Below are positions 49,296 to 58,677 of a DNA stretch of 64,000 bases, piece after piece. Position numbers and translations under genes: made by a program. The notes beneath the pieces were generated by a model. The model was not told the DNA's origin, made no database searches, and saw only the letters and a list, made by a program, of their open reading frames with translations. Each line of letters begins with the position of its first letter. Position 1 is the first letter of the stretch. This DNA comes from an uncultured delta proteobacterium (GTDB taxonomy: Bacteria > Desulfobacterota > Binatia > UBA9968): NCBI GenBank assembly GCA_963771465.1, contig CAVYTU010000009.1, forward strand, positions 192,001 to 256,000, in the 5' to 3' direction.

Positions 49296-49530
49296 GGAGA
49301 CATCCAGTTTTTCGAGCAGAGTAGCGAATCATTTAACCAGGGTCAAAACATCGGCACCGTTTTTTTAAACTTTTTTATTGCGGGGATCGAGAAAAAGACG
49401 TCCATCAAGTCATTTTGCGCCGTTCAACCTTAGTGAGGACGGTTTACAGCTAGACCTGAACGGGTTATATCGAACTCGAATTTGAGCGTTTAATGAATCG
49501 CCGATTTAATTTGGCTCAGGAGCAGACGCA

Positions 49531-50628
49531 ATGATTTTTTTGACCAACGAACATATCGCCCAAGTCCTCGACATGAAGATCTGCATCGACGCCATGGAAG
49601 ATGCTTATCGAGAATTGAACGAGCAGCGCGCCGGTTACCGGCCGCGCATCGACTTCTACGTTCCGCACGAGCCGCACTATTATCGCTGGGGCACCATGGA
49701 AGGCGCGTCGCGCAAGCTCGGAGTGTTCGCCATTCGGATGAAATCCGATATGCTCGCCTGGGAAAACCAAGACGGCTTCATGGTCGAGGATAAGTATTGC
49801 ATGGAGCGCGGCACCTACTGTGGTTTGATCTTTCTCACCAGCACGCGCAACGGCGAGCCGCTGGCAATCATGAACGACGGCTATCTCCAGCATATGCGTG
49901 TGGGCGCCTGCGCCGGCATCGGCACGAAATATTTGGCGCGGAAAAATTCAAAAGTCCTCGCCATGATCGGTTCGGGCGGCATGGCGCGAACTTATGCCGA
50001 AGCGATCAAGCATGTCCGGCCTATCGAAGTGATGCGCGTGTACAGCCCGACGAGAAAGAACCGCGAGGCATTCGCAGCCGAGATGACGGAAAAGCTCGAC
50101 ATCGAAGTGATCGCCGTCGATTCGCCGGAAAAGGCGCTCAAAGGCGCCGATATCGTATCGCTGACGACCGATTCTTTGGTCCCGGTCATCAAAGCGGAAT
50201 GGTTGGAGCCGGGCATGCATATTAACAACGTGCGCAACAACGAGGCCGGTCCAGATGTGCTCGCGCGCGCCGATGTGCGCGCCCGGCTCGGCACTTCGAC
50301 CTTGTACGCCGATCGCAATGCGCCGGAAGTCGTGACCGGCAGCGACGGCATGTTCGGTTTCATCGCCGGCAGTCCAGAAGAAAAAAATAAAATACCCACG
50401 TCGCCGCATCACGAGATCGACAACCCAAACATCGGCACGGTACCGGACATCATGGCGGGTAAATGGATCGGCAGAGCCAATGAACAGCAGATTACTTTTT
50501 TAAACAACCAAGGCACCCAAGGCTTACAATTCGCGGCGGTGGGCGGAACTGCGTATAATCTCGCCAAAGCCAAAGGGCTCGGTCATCCGCTGCCGTTGGC
50601 ATGGTTCACGCAGAATATACGAGATTGA
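49531..50628 (+). CDS. Ornithine cyclodeaminase/mu-crystallin family protein
   Basis: GEPLAI, MR.GA, IGSGGMA, W..PG.H and G..LQF motifs. Confidence 0.88.
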   Translation: MIFLTNEHIAQVLDMKICIDAMEDAYRELNEQRAGYRPRIDFYVPHEPHYYRWGTMEGASRKLGVFAIRMKSDMLAWENQDGFMVEDKYCMERGTYCGLIFLTSTRNGEPLAIMNDGYLQHMRVGACAGIGTKYLARKNSKVLAMIGSGGMARTYAEAIKHVRPIEVMRVYSPTRKNREAFAAEMTEKLDIEVIAVDSPEKALKGADIVSLTTDSLVPVIKAEWLEPGMHINNVRNNEAGPDVLARADVRARLGTSTLYADRNAPEVVTGSDGMFGFIAGSPEEKNKIPTSPHHEIDNPNIGTVPDIMAGKWIGRANEQQITFLNNQGTQGLQFAAVGGTAYNLAKAKGLGHPLPLAWFTQNIRD

Positions 50629-50707
50629 GAAGAAGGAAGTGTTGGAGTTAAAGAATTCCGAAGCGGAATCAATACTCCACTCGCTCCAACCCTTACGGAG
50701 ATTTCCC

Positions 50708-51502
50708 ATGGCTACTCTACGCTACGTCGCATATCTCGCCGAAGATCCGGCGAAGCTCGTGGACTTCTACCACCGCTTTCTCGGCACCGAAGAACTGGGC
50801 CGAACAGCCGACGGCGACATCACGATCACCGACGGCTTTTACAATTTGACCTTTTTTAAAAATCGTCCTGAGCTTGGCGAGATGCAGATGAACAACGGCC
50901 TGCACCACATTGGCCTGCAAGTCGACGATCTCGAAGAAGTGAAGGACCGCTTTTTGAAATTCAATCCGCGCGGGATGATCATCCCGGAGACCGACGACTT
51001 ACAGCACGGCGAGATGCGTCTGCATGACCCGGAATGCCGGCCGGTCACGGTATCTACCAAAAGCTTCGGCGTACCGGCGAGCAAAGAAAAGCAATTTCCG
51101 CGCGTCCGTCACATCGCCTATAACGCTCTCGATCCGGAAAGCATGTTGCAGTTTTACACCCAGGTACTCGGCCTGCGCGAAATCCCGTCGAGCTACCAGC
51201 GCCGCCAGCAGGGCCTCGCCAACCGCTTCTGTGCCGACGGCAAAACCAACCTGGCGATCCACCCCTTTTACAGCCCAGTCGAAGGCCACGAAGCCAAATA
51301 CGGCATCAACCATATCGGCTTTCTGACCAATACGATGCAAGCGACGATGGCCGAACTGAGCAGCGTCCTGAAAATCGTGCCGCGTCCGTCGAGCCGACCC
51401 TACGCTGAATTTCGCTTCCGCGATCTCGAAGGCAACGCTTTAGATTTATCACAGACCAAAGGCTGGGAGGTCGACGTCGATAAATGGGTAAGCGCGGCGT
51501 GA
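50708..51502 (+). CDS. VOC/glyoxalase family protein (two modules)
   Basis: FY..LG, GLHHIG.QVDD, HIA, GINHIGF and D.EGN motifs; GGAG RBS. Confidence 0.85.
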   Translation: MATLRYVAYLAEDPAKLVDFYHRFLGTEELGRTADGDITITDGFYNLTFFKNRPELGEMQMNNGLHHIGLQVDDLEEVKDRFLKFNPRGMIIPETDDLQHGEMRLHDPECRPVTVSTKSFGVPASKEKQFPRVRHIAYNALDPESMLQFYTQVLGLREIPSSYQRRQQGLANRFCADGKTNLAIHPFYSPVEGHEAKYGINHIGFLTNTMQATMAELSSVLKIVPRPSSRPYAEFRFRDLEGNALDLSQTKGWEVDVDKWVSAA

Positions 51503-51542
51503 TATTAAGATCGGAATGATGGACGATTGGAGTACTGGAGCG

Positions 51543-52569
51543 ATGGCCAGGAAAAACATCAACGCGCCAGATATCAGTTGCCAGATTGTTCTTCTTGTTC
51601 ATTTTATCGTTCGGCGCAGCGCAAACACTGTGGGCCGCCGCGCCGCTGGAAAAACTCACCATCGGCTGGAGCGCCATCGCCGGTTCGCAAGCACCGTTTT
51701 GGATCACCAAGGAAGCCGGCTTATTCGAGAAGAACGGCCTCGACGTCATCATGATCTACCTCGACGGCGGTTCTCGGGCGACTCAAGCGATGATGTCCGG
51801 CGATATGCCGATCGCCCAGGTCGGCGGCAATGCGCCGGTGGTCGCCAAGCTGCGCGGCGCCGATATCACACTTATTGCTGGACTGCTCAATGTTCTTGCC
51901 TACAGCATGGTGGTATCACCGGAAATCAAAAAGCCGGAAGATCTACGCGGTAAAAAACTTACCGTTAGCCGCTTCGGCTCCAACTCCGATTATGCGACGC
52001 GCAAGATTTTGCTTAAGTGGGGTTTGCGTCCCGACATAGATGTTGCAGTGCTACAGATTCCCGGCGGCCAGCCGACCCGCCTCGCGGCGATTCAATCGGG
52101 GCAGATTCACGGTATGGTTGCGCAACCGCCAGTGACGAATCTTGCTCGCAAATTCAAGATGAACATCATCGCCGAACCGGAAGACTTTGGCGGCGCCTAC
52201 CCGACCACGCCGGTGGCCGCGCGGATTTCGTTCATCAAGGACAAGCGCGAAACTGTCCGCAAATTTACTCGCGCGCTGTTGGAGGGTATTCACGTTTACA
52301 AGACGCAAAAGGATTTCAGCAAAAAAGTGATCGCCAAGTATGTAAAGACCGACGATAACGACGCTTTGGAAGACAGCTACCAGTTTTTCTCTCGCCTCGT
52401 GCCGCAAAAACCCTATCCCTCGCTTGACGCCATCAAAGAAGCCCTCGCCGAGCTCGGCGAGAAAGATCCCAAGGTGCGTTCAGCCAAGCCCGAAGACTTC
52501 GCCGACATGAGCGTGATCAAAGAGTTCGACGACAACGGGTTTATCGATGGGCTTTATAAGAAGCGCTAA
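51543..52569 (+). CDS. NMT1/THI5-type ABC substrate-binding protein; probable +1 insertion in the A5 run after the ATG
   Basis: EAGLFEKNGLDV and DLRGK motifs. ATG at 51543 joins the 51586 ORF if one base is removed. Confidence 0.85.
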
Positions 52570-52916
52570 GAAAACGATTCTGCATCGGCGTCAGATAAGT
52601 ATGCTGTCTGCGAATTGCCGGATTTTTTCCACCACAGAGCCACAGTCGCAAGCCATATCTTATTCCAATCAGCGGTGGTATAGTTACTATACACCGAAGA
52701 TCGTAGCTACCTTCTCGTGCTTCTCGCCTTGGTATTTGACACGCTTCTCCGATGACCCGCAAGCACTGGACGAGCTTGAGTTCAACTTGCCGGGTGGCGT
52801 TTCACTGGAATGTAAAATCCGCTCTGGACGGATTTTAGTCTGGAATCTGGAAATATTGGCGCCAACGAGCTGGAAAGATTCACTTCGCTCTAGTTCCAGC
52901 AGAAATGGAGATTCGA

Positions 52917-53435
52917 ATGACCTTGACTGTTGGCGATAAGGTTGTTTATACGGGCCGGGGTCCCTGTCTTATTGATGCGGTCGTTAACAAAGTCGTTTGT
53001 GGAACGACGGCGAGTTTTTACCGATTAGCCCTATTGGACGATAGCAAAGCCGAGTTGTTCATGCCGGTCGATAAGTCCACCGATCAACATGTGCGGGCAT
53101 TGCTGAACCGGTCTGAGATTCCCAAGCTGTTAGGACTCCTCAAAACCCACGCCGCAGTGACCAAAGATCCTGGAACGGCGAGAAACTGGCGCCAGCGCGA
53201 GTTAGACAGTCTCAAACTATTCAACTCTGGTTCCATATTCGAACTGGCCCAGATGGTCGAGTCACTGACTCAGTTGAGCACCACCAAGAACCTAGCCGCC
53301 CACGACCGGGAGACGCTGTATCGTGCCAGGAAGCTGCTGATATGCGAGATCTCGGAAGTGATGGGCGAAAGTAAAACTGCGGCAGAAGCACGCATTGACC
53401 ACGTGCTCGAACCCGGTAAGAACAAGTCGAACTAG
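52917..53435 (+). CDS. CarD/CdnL family transcription regulator
   Basis: VGDKVVY...G, VR.L, NWRQR, G....LA.....L and ARKLL..EI motifs. Confidence 0.85.
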   Translation: MTLTVGDKVVYTGRGPCLIDAVVNKVVCGTTASFYRLALLDDSKAELFMPVDKSTDQHVRALLNRSEIPKLLGLLKTHAAVTKDPGTARNWRQRELDSLKLFNSGSIFELAQMVESLTQLSTTKNLAAHDRETLYRARKLLICEISEVMGESKTAAEARIDHVLEPGKNKSN

Positions 53436-53496
53436 TTCGAAACTGAAATCCACACTCGTTATCGGCCTGAAGCTCAAGAAGATCGAAGCGTAGAAA

Positions 53497-54168
53497 TCAG
53501 ATCACGCCAGCCTTCTCCTCGGTAAAACAGAGCCTTTGGGCTTGCTGCAAACGCTTATCCGTCGGATGGAAAACATCGCCGGAATAGTTCTGACTCTCGA
53601 AGCCTTGCAGAATCTGCACCCAGATACGGCAATCCCAGCCGAGCTTTTTCCAATATCCCAAGCCTATCGAGTCCGCCTCCAGTTCCTTATCCATCGAGTA
53701 GTTACGAAATCTCACATTCCACGGCAGCCCCACATCGACGTTGGATACGCCGTCCCGTAATGTCGTATTGAGAGTAGAAAAGTTAGATCCCGTTTGCTTG
53801 GCATGACCGGCGGTCTCATGGGCAATTTCGTGAGCCAAGGTTTGCCGTAGCAACCAAAGGTAAGACAAATGTCTAGAGGCGAGCTTCGCTAGCTGGTGAC
53901 TAATATATATGCGGCGGTTTCCAAAGGTCATTCCCAGAACGTCTTTGCGGGGGAAATCAGAGAGAAAGATTTGATAGTGCGAAACACCGTACTTGTCGTC
54001 ACTGGCGGCGACAATCTGCGCCGCCTCGTTTCTCACCAGGAGTTCGACTGCGTCATCTGAAACGATGGGGATATGCGCTTGCGTCGAGCACGATGTTAAA
54101 ACCAAATAGAAAACAACCATTCCGTATAAACAACGGCTGCCTCGCGTCAGCAAGTGTAATTCGACCAT
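53497..54168 (-). CDS. M48 family metallopeptidase (probable lipoprotein)
   Basis: LAHEIAH, YS...ELEAD and HP...R motifs; LTSC lipobox-like sequence. Confidence 0.8.
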   Translation of the reverse strand: MVELHLLTRGSRCLYGMVVFYLVLTSCSTQAHIPIVSDDAVELLVRNEAAQIVAASDDKYGVSHYQIFLSDFPRKDVLGMTFGNRRIYISHQLAKLASRHLSYLWLLRQTLAHEIAHETAGHAKQTGSNFSTLNTTLRDGVSNVDVGLPWNVRFRNYSMDKELEADSIGLGYWKKLGWDCRIWVQILQGFESQNYSGDVFHPTDKRLQQAQRLCFTEEKAGVI

Positions 54169-54353
54169 CCGGATATGCCTTCACTTCCGTCAAACATTAA
54201 ACTCACGCAAGTTACCACACCCAATCTGGGATCAACAACAGACATTACCGGGTTCGTTAACTACAAAGCCGCCCCGCAAGTCTAGCACGGTCATTATTTC
54301 GCGGGCGTTGTGTCTTTTGATAAATGGGCGTAGGGAAGGAACGAGGCGTGACG

Positions 54354-55301
54354 ATGAAAAAAAACAATTTCTCCAAGTGCGCCTCGCGATCGGGCGCTTT
54401 CCTCCGGACTATCGGGCTAGCTGCCGGCTTGGCAGCGCTCTGTACAGGCGCTACCGACACGGCATACAGCCAAACCAACGCCAATCCGATGAGACCCATC
54501 CCGATCCCCGCCCAGGCTCCGGCTAAGGACGGCATGGCGCAGATTCCCGACACCCGTCTCTGGTACTGGGACACGGGCGGCCAAGGCGTGCCGATCGTGC
54601 TTCTTCATCCGGCAACCGGCAGCGCGCTGATCTGGGGTTACCAGCAGCCGGTGTTCGCCAATGCCGGCTACCGCGTCATCGCCTATTCGCGACGCGGCTA
54701 CTACAACTCCGCGCCCTTCGACAAGAACAATCCTGGCATTGGCTCCGAGGACCTTCGCCATCTCGCCGATGTTCTGGGCCTTAAGCGATTTCATGTGTTG
54801 GCATCGGCAGCCGGCGGCAGCATCGCTTCAGACTTCGCGTTCTCCTACCAGGACCGGCTCCTGAGCCTAACCATTTCCAGCAATTCCTTCGGCGTGCGCG
54901 AGGGCGAGATCGCGAAGGTCGCGGCCTCCATTCGCCCCAAGGGCTTTGATGAATTGCCGGCCGAATTTCGCGAGATCGGTCCATCATATCGAGCAGCCAA
55001 CCCCGAAGGCGTCAAGGCCTGGATCGAGCTCGAGCACAAGGCGCTGATCGGCCCCCGAGTTTCGCAAGCACTCAAAAATCAGATCACGCAGGCGAAGCTC
55101 AAGGAACTCAAGCTGCCGACGCTGTTGATTGCCGGCGCTGCGGACCTGTATACGCCGCCCTCGATCTCGCGGATGCTCGCTGCCGAGATTCCAAACAGCC
55201 GGGTAGTGCTGATACCCGAGTCCGGGCATTCGATCTACTGGGAGCAGCCGGAGCTCTTCAATCGCGCCGTGCTCGACTTCATCGGTGGGCAGTCGAAATA
55301 G
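54354..55301 (+). CDS. Exported alpha/beta-hydrolase-fold protein with non-canonical nucleophile elbow
   Basis: LLHPATG, VLASAAGG, PTLLI.G..D and GHS motifs. Confidence 0.85.
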   Translation: MKKNNFSKCASRSGAFLRTIGLAAGLAALCTGATDTAYSQTNANPMRPIPIPAQAPAKDGMAQIPDTRLWYWDTGGQGVPIVLLHPATGSALIWGYQQPVFANAGYRVIAYSRRGYYNSAPFDKNNPGIGSEDLRHLADVLGLKRFHVLASAAGGSIASDFAFSYQDRLLSLTISSNSFGVREGEIAKVAASIRPKGFDELPAEFREIGPSYRAANPEGVKAWIELEHKALIGPRVSQALKNQITQAKLKELKLPTLLIAGAADLYTPPSISRMLAAEIPNSRVVLIPESGHSIYWEQPELFNRAVLDFIGGQSK

Positions 55302-55337
55302 CCGAAGGAGCAACAGAGGTCAAGTCCAGCAATCCTC

Positions 55338-55369
55338 TGGATTCCCGCCAAAAGCATGCGGGAATGACG
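55338..55369. repeat. REP-like arm TGGATTCCCGC..GCGGGAATGACG
   Basis: Same family as the element in dnaE2. Confidence 0.7.
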
Positions 55370-55470
55370 CTTCGGTGAGAAATTTCATTCCACGCGGTAA
55401 GCTTCGGAAATCCCACCTAGCGAGATTGGAGATATCTTGCTACGAATAAAAAGATCCCGCGATAAGTACC

Positions 55471-56538
55471 ATGCCAGCTATCGAGAGCATCGAAGTCTTG
55501 GTGATTCAGCAAGTGCCCGACCAGGTGCTCGACCGAATTGCCAACGTCGATCAGCGCATCAAGGTTATCGATGCCAGAGGATGGTTTGACGTCGAGCTGC
55601 GCGCTACTTGGCCGCAATGGACCGTCGATCGTTATCTTGGCTCCCGTAAATATCCTGCCACCAGCGGTTACCAGCGAAACCAAGCGCTGGCGTCAGCCGA
55701 GATCATCCTCGTCGGCTGGCCTCCGGTAAAAGACATCTGCGCTCGCGCGCCTCGACTGAAATGGGTCCACGAGCTGCCGGCGGGAGCGAGCAATTTTCTC
55801 GATACCGATCTGTGGAGCTCGGATGTTATCGTAACTACTTCCCGCGGGCTGACGAATAGGCGCCCGATGGCCGAGTATGTGTTGGCGAGCTTCCTCCACT
55901 TTGCTCGCGGGCTTCACTTGAGTTACCGCGACCAACGGCGCCACCGCTTCGATCATCACACTTACGATCCGATAATTATTCGGGACAAGACTGTATGCGT
56001 TATCGGCGCCGGCGGCATTGGCCAGGAAGTCGCTAAGCTTTGTGGCGCGGCGGGCATGCGCGTGGTCGGTACGCGCCGGGACGTTGTTCCGGGTGCCGCA
56101 CAACCATCAAGCTTTACGCGCATAGAATCCTCCCACGCCTTGAATGATCTGCTCCGCGAGAGTGAATTCGTCGCCGTTTGTTGTCCGTGGACAAAAGAGA
56201 CCACGCGCCTTATCAGCAGAGACGCTTTTAACGCGATGAAACCGGGGACGGTTTTAGTCAACATCGCGCGCGGTGAGATCGTCGATGAAGAAGCTTTGAT
56301 CGTCGCGCTGAAGGAGGGCAAACTGCGCGGCTTCGCAACCGACGTCTACGATGGTGAATTCGATCGTCCGCCAGATCCGCGCCTGTGGGACGATGAACGA
56401 GTCGTCATAACACCCCATATCTCCGCGGTTACAGACGTTTCGGAGCATCAAGGGATAAATTTATTCTGCGACAACTTGCGTCGCTATCTTGAAGGCCAAC
56501 CGCTAGCAAACGTCATCGACTGGCAACGTGGCTATTGA
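55471..56538 (+). CDS. D-2-hydroxyacid dehydrogenase
   Basis: GAGGIG, NIARG, TDVY..E and TPH motifs. Confidence 0.9.
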   Translation: MPAIESIEVLVIQQVPDQVLDRIANVDQRIKVIDARGWFDVELRATWPQWTVDRYLGSRKYPATSGYQRNQALASAEIILVGWPPVKDICARAPRLKWVHELPAGASNFLDTDLWSSDVIVTTSRGLTNRRPMAEYVLASFLHFARGLHLSYRDQRRHRFDHHTYDPIIIRDKTVCVIGAGGIGQEVAKLCGAAGMRVVGTRRDVVPGAAQPSSFTRIESSHALNDLLRESEFVAVCCPWTKETTRLISRDAFNAMKPGTVLVNIARGEIVDEEALIVALKEGKLRGFATDVYDGEFDRPPDPRLWDDERVVITPHISAVTDVSEHQGINLFCDNLRRYLEGQPLANVIDWQRGY

Positions 56539-56566
56539 AATTGGCTGGCGACCACGATTCATCTGC

Positions 56567-56643
56567 TTCACCGCGCCGGCAGAGAAAGGCAGAGGGAAAC
56601 ATCCAGCAGAACGACTCTGAAAATTCTGCGCCTCTGCGGTGAA
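56567..56643. repeat. Intergenic imperfect palindrome (TTCACCGC..CAGAG / CTCTGCGGTGAA) between convergent genes
   Basis: Inverted ends and repeated CAGAG/CTCTG units. Confidence 0.65.
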
Positions 56644-56648
56644 AAATC

Positions 56649-57396
56649 TTAACCGACGAAATGAAACCCGCCGTCGACGTTCAATAGTTGCCCCGTCATA
56701 AAATCGCTTTCGCTCGACGACAGAAAGAGTACCGTACCGACCAGATCATCTTCTACTTGTGAGCGCTTGATGCTGCGTTGTTGGGCGCGAACTTTTTCGT
56801 ACTCGGGGTCGACTTGGCGGCCTTCGGTAACGACGAAGCCGGGGCTCACCGTGTTGACGCAGATATTCCAATCGCCCAGTTCCCGAGCCATGGCGCGCGT
56901 CATTGCGATCAACGCGCCTTTCGATGTGACGTAGTGAATATAGTTCGGGTTGCCGGTGAGCGCGACGTTGGATGAGATGTTGATGATCTTGCCGCTATTT
57001 TGCTTTTGCATGTGCGGCGCGACGGCTTTGGCGCAGAGCCAGGAGCCGCGCACGTTGACCGCCATCGCCTTGTCGAATTCCTCGACGGTCATTTCCCAGA
57101 ACGGCCCCTTCCACACCGACATAAAATACGCCGCGTTGTTGATGAGAATATCGACGGTGCCGAACTGTTTTACCGTTTCGCTCACCATCGCCTTGACACT
57201 CTCTTCATTCGACACGTCACAGGCCATGCTGATCGCCGTGCCGCCCATGTCTTGAATCGCGCTTGACGACATGATCGGCGCTGGCGATATCCGGCAGTGC
57301 GACTTTCGCACCCTCTTTGGCGAACCCCATCGCGTACGCCTTGCCGATCTTACCGCCGCCTCCCGTGATGATGACCGACTTGCCCGCGAAGCGCAT
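56649..57396 (-). CDS. Short-chain dehydrogenase/reductase; +1 frameshift near 57262
   Basis: MRFAGKSVIITGGGGKIG N-terminus in one frame; NNAA, YVTSK and NVDGG in the 56649-57311 ORF. Confidence 0.88.
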
Positions 57397-57471
57397 AAAG
57401 TTCTCCTTTACTTTAGTTCAAGCGTCACTTAACACCCGCTCCTAGGGGTGTCAACGAAATCACCCGATTGA

Positions 57472-57501
57472 TTGACACTACAACCACCGACCTTTTATGA
57501 T
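57472..57501 (+). promoter_or_regulatory. Sigma70-type promoter (a divergent TTGACA on the minus strand lies at 57449-57454)
   Basis: TTGACA-N18-TATGAT. Confidence 0.55.
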
Positions 57502-57563
57502 CACGATTGGCGACGACGCTTTACCGAGCGCGTTTGCGGCAAGAAATAAACGGAGAACATTCC

Positions 57564-58523
57564 ATGGCCAAACTGAAACTCACCATCGCTTTCGACAAAT
57601 ACGACTATCTTCAACCATTACGTGACGGCCAGATCGAAGTCGAAGGCATCGATCTTAACTTCATCACGGTTGAAAGCGGCATTCGCCATGAGCGTATGTT
57701 TCACTACGGCGAATACGACGCCTGCGAGTTCTCCATGTCGTCTTATCTGGTCGCTCGCGGCCAAGACATCGACTGGCTGCAAGCGATCCCTTTTTTTCCG
57801 CGCCGCATGTGGGGCCACAAGTTTTGCTTCATCCAGGCAAACTCCGGTGTGAAAAAACCTGCCGAGTTGAAAGGTGGACGGATCGGTCTGCGCAGTTATG
57901 AGAATACGCTGGCGCTGGTCACCAAAGGCATGTTGATGAACAGCTACGATCTCGGCGTCGGCGACGTCACCTGGGTGATCGTCAACAAGGAACATGTCGG
58001 CTTCAAATTGCCGCCGCATATCAAAGTCGAGTTCGTCGAAGGCAAGCGCAAGCTCGAAGAGCTGTTGGTCGAAGGTAAAGTCGACGCCGAAGTCGAGCCC
58101 GACTTGCCGCAGCGCTGGATTCGCGGCGACGGCACGCTCGAACGATTGTTTCCGGCATTCGAGAACGAAGAGCGCGCATACTACAAGAAGACGGGAATCT
58201 TTCCGATCATGCACCCGGTGGTCATCAAGAAAGAGATTCTCGACCGCGATCCCTGGGTGGCGACCAGTTTATACGAAGCCCTGCTGGCGTCGCGCAATGC
58301 TTACAACGAGTTTATGGAGCAACCGCATCGTTTGAGCTTTGCCTGGGGTCGTTCGTATTTGGAGGAGGAAAGAAAGTTTTTCGGCAAGGATCCGTTTTAT
58401 CAAGGCTTGAAAGAAAACTATAACGATGTGGAGAACTTGATCAAATTTGCCGGCCAGCAAGGCATGCTCGGGCGAAATTTAGGGGTCGAAGAATTATTTA
58501 CGGAAAATACGAGGAACACCTAG
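57564..58523 (+). CDS. 4,5-dihydroxyphthalate decarboxylase-like (PhtD/OphC, PBP2 fold) protein
   Basis: YD...PL.DG....EGIDL, D.CEFS.SSY, IP.FP.R and TGIFPIMH motifs. Confidence 0.8.
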   Translation: MAKLKLTIAFDKYDYLQPLRDGQIEVEGIDLNFITVESGIRHERMFHYGEYDACEFSMSSYLVARGQDIDWLQAIPFFPRRMWGHKFCFIQANSGVKKPAELKGGRIGLRSYENTLALVTKGMLMNSYDLGVGDVTWVIVNKEHVGFKLPPHIKVEFVEGKRKLEELLVEGKVDAEVEPDLPQRWIRGDGTLERLFPAFENEERAYYKKTGIFPIMHPVVIKKEILDRDPWVATSLYEALLASRNAYNEFMEQPHRLSFAWGRSYLEEERKFFGKDPFYQGLKENYNDVENLIKFAGQQGMLGRNLGVEELFTENTRNT

Positions 58524-58547
58524 CCGCCGATGACATCGGATTCAGTC

Positions 58548-58622
58548 TGTCATTTCGAGCGCTGCGAGAAATCTTGCGTTACAGAGGAAAGATTTCTCGT
58601 CGCGTCGCTCCTCGAAATGATA
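58548..58622. repeat. REP/RPE-like palindrome TGTCATTTCGAG..GAGAAATCT / AGATTTCTC..CTCGAAATGATA
   Basis: Two nested inverted repeats. Confidence 0.8.
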
Positions 58623-58677
58623 CCCGTGCGTTTTAATATTCGTTTGAATTGAACGATAAAGACCGGAGGGAAAGATT

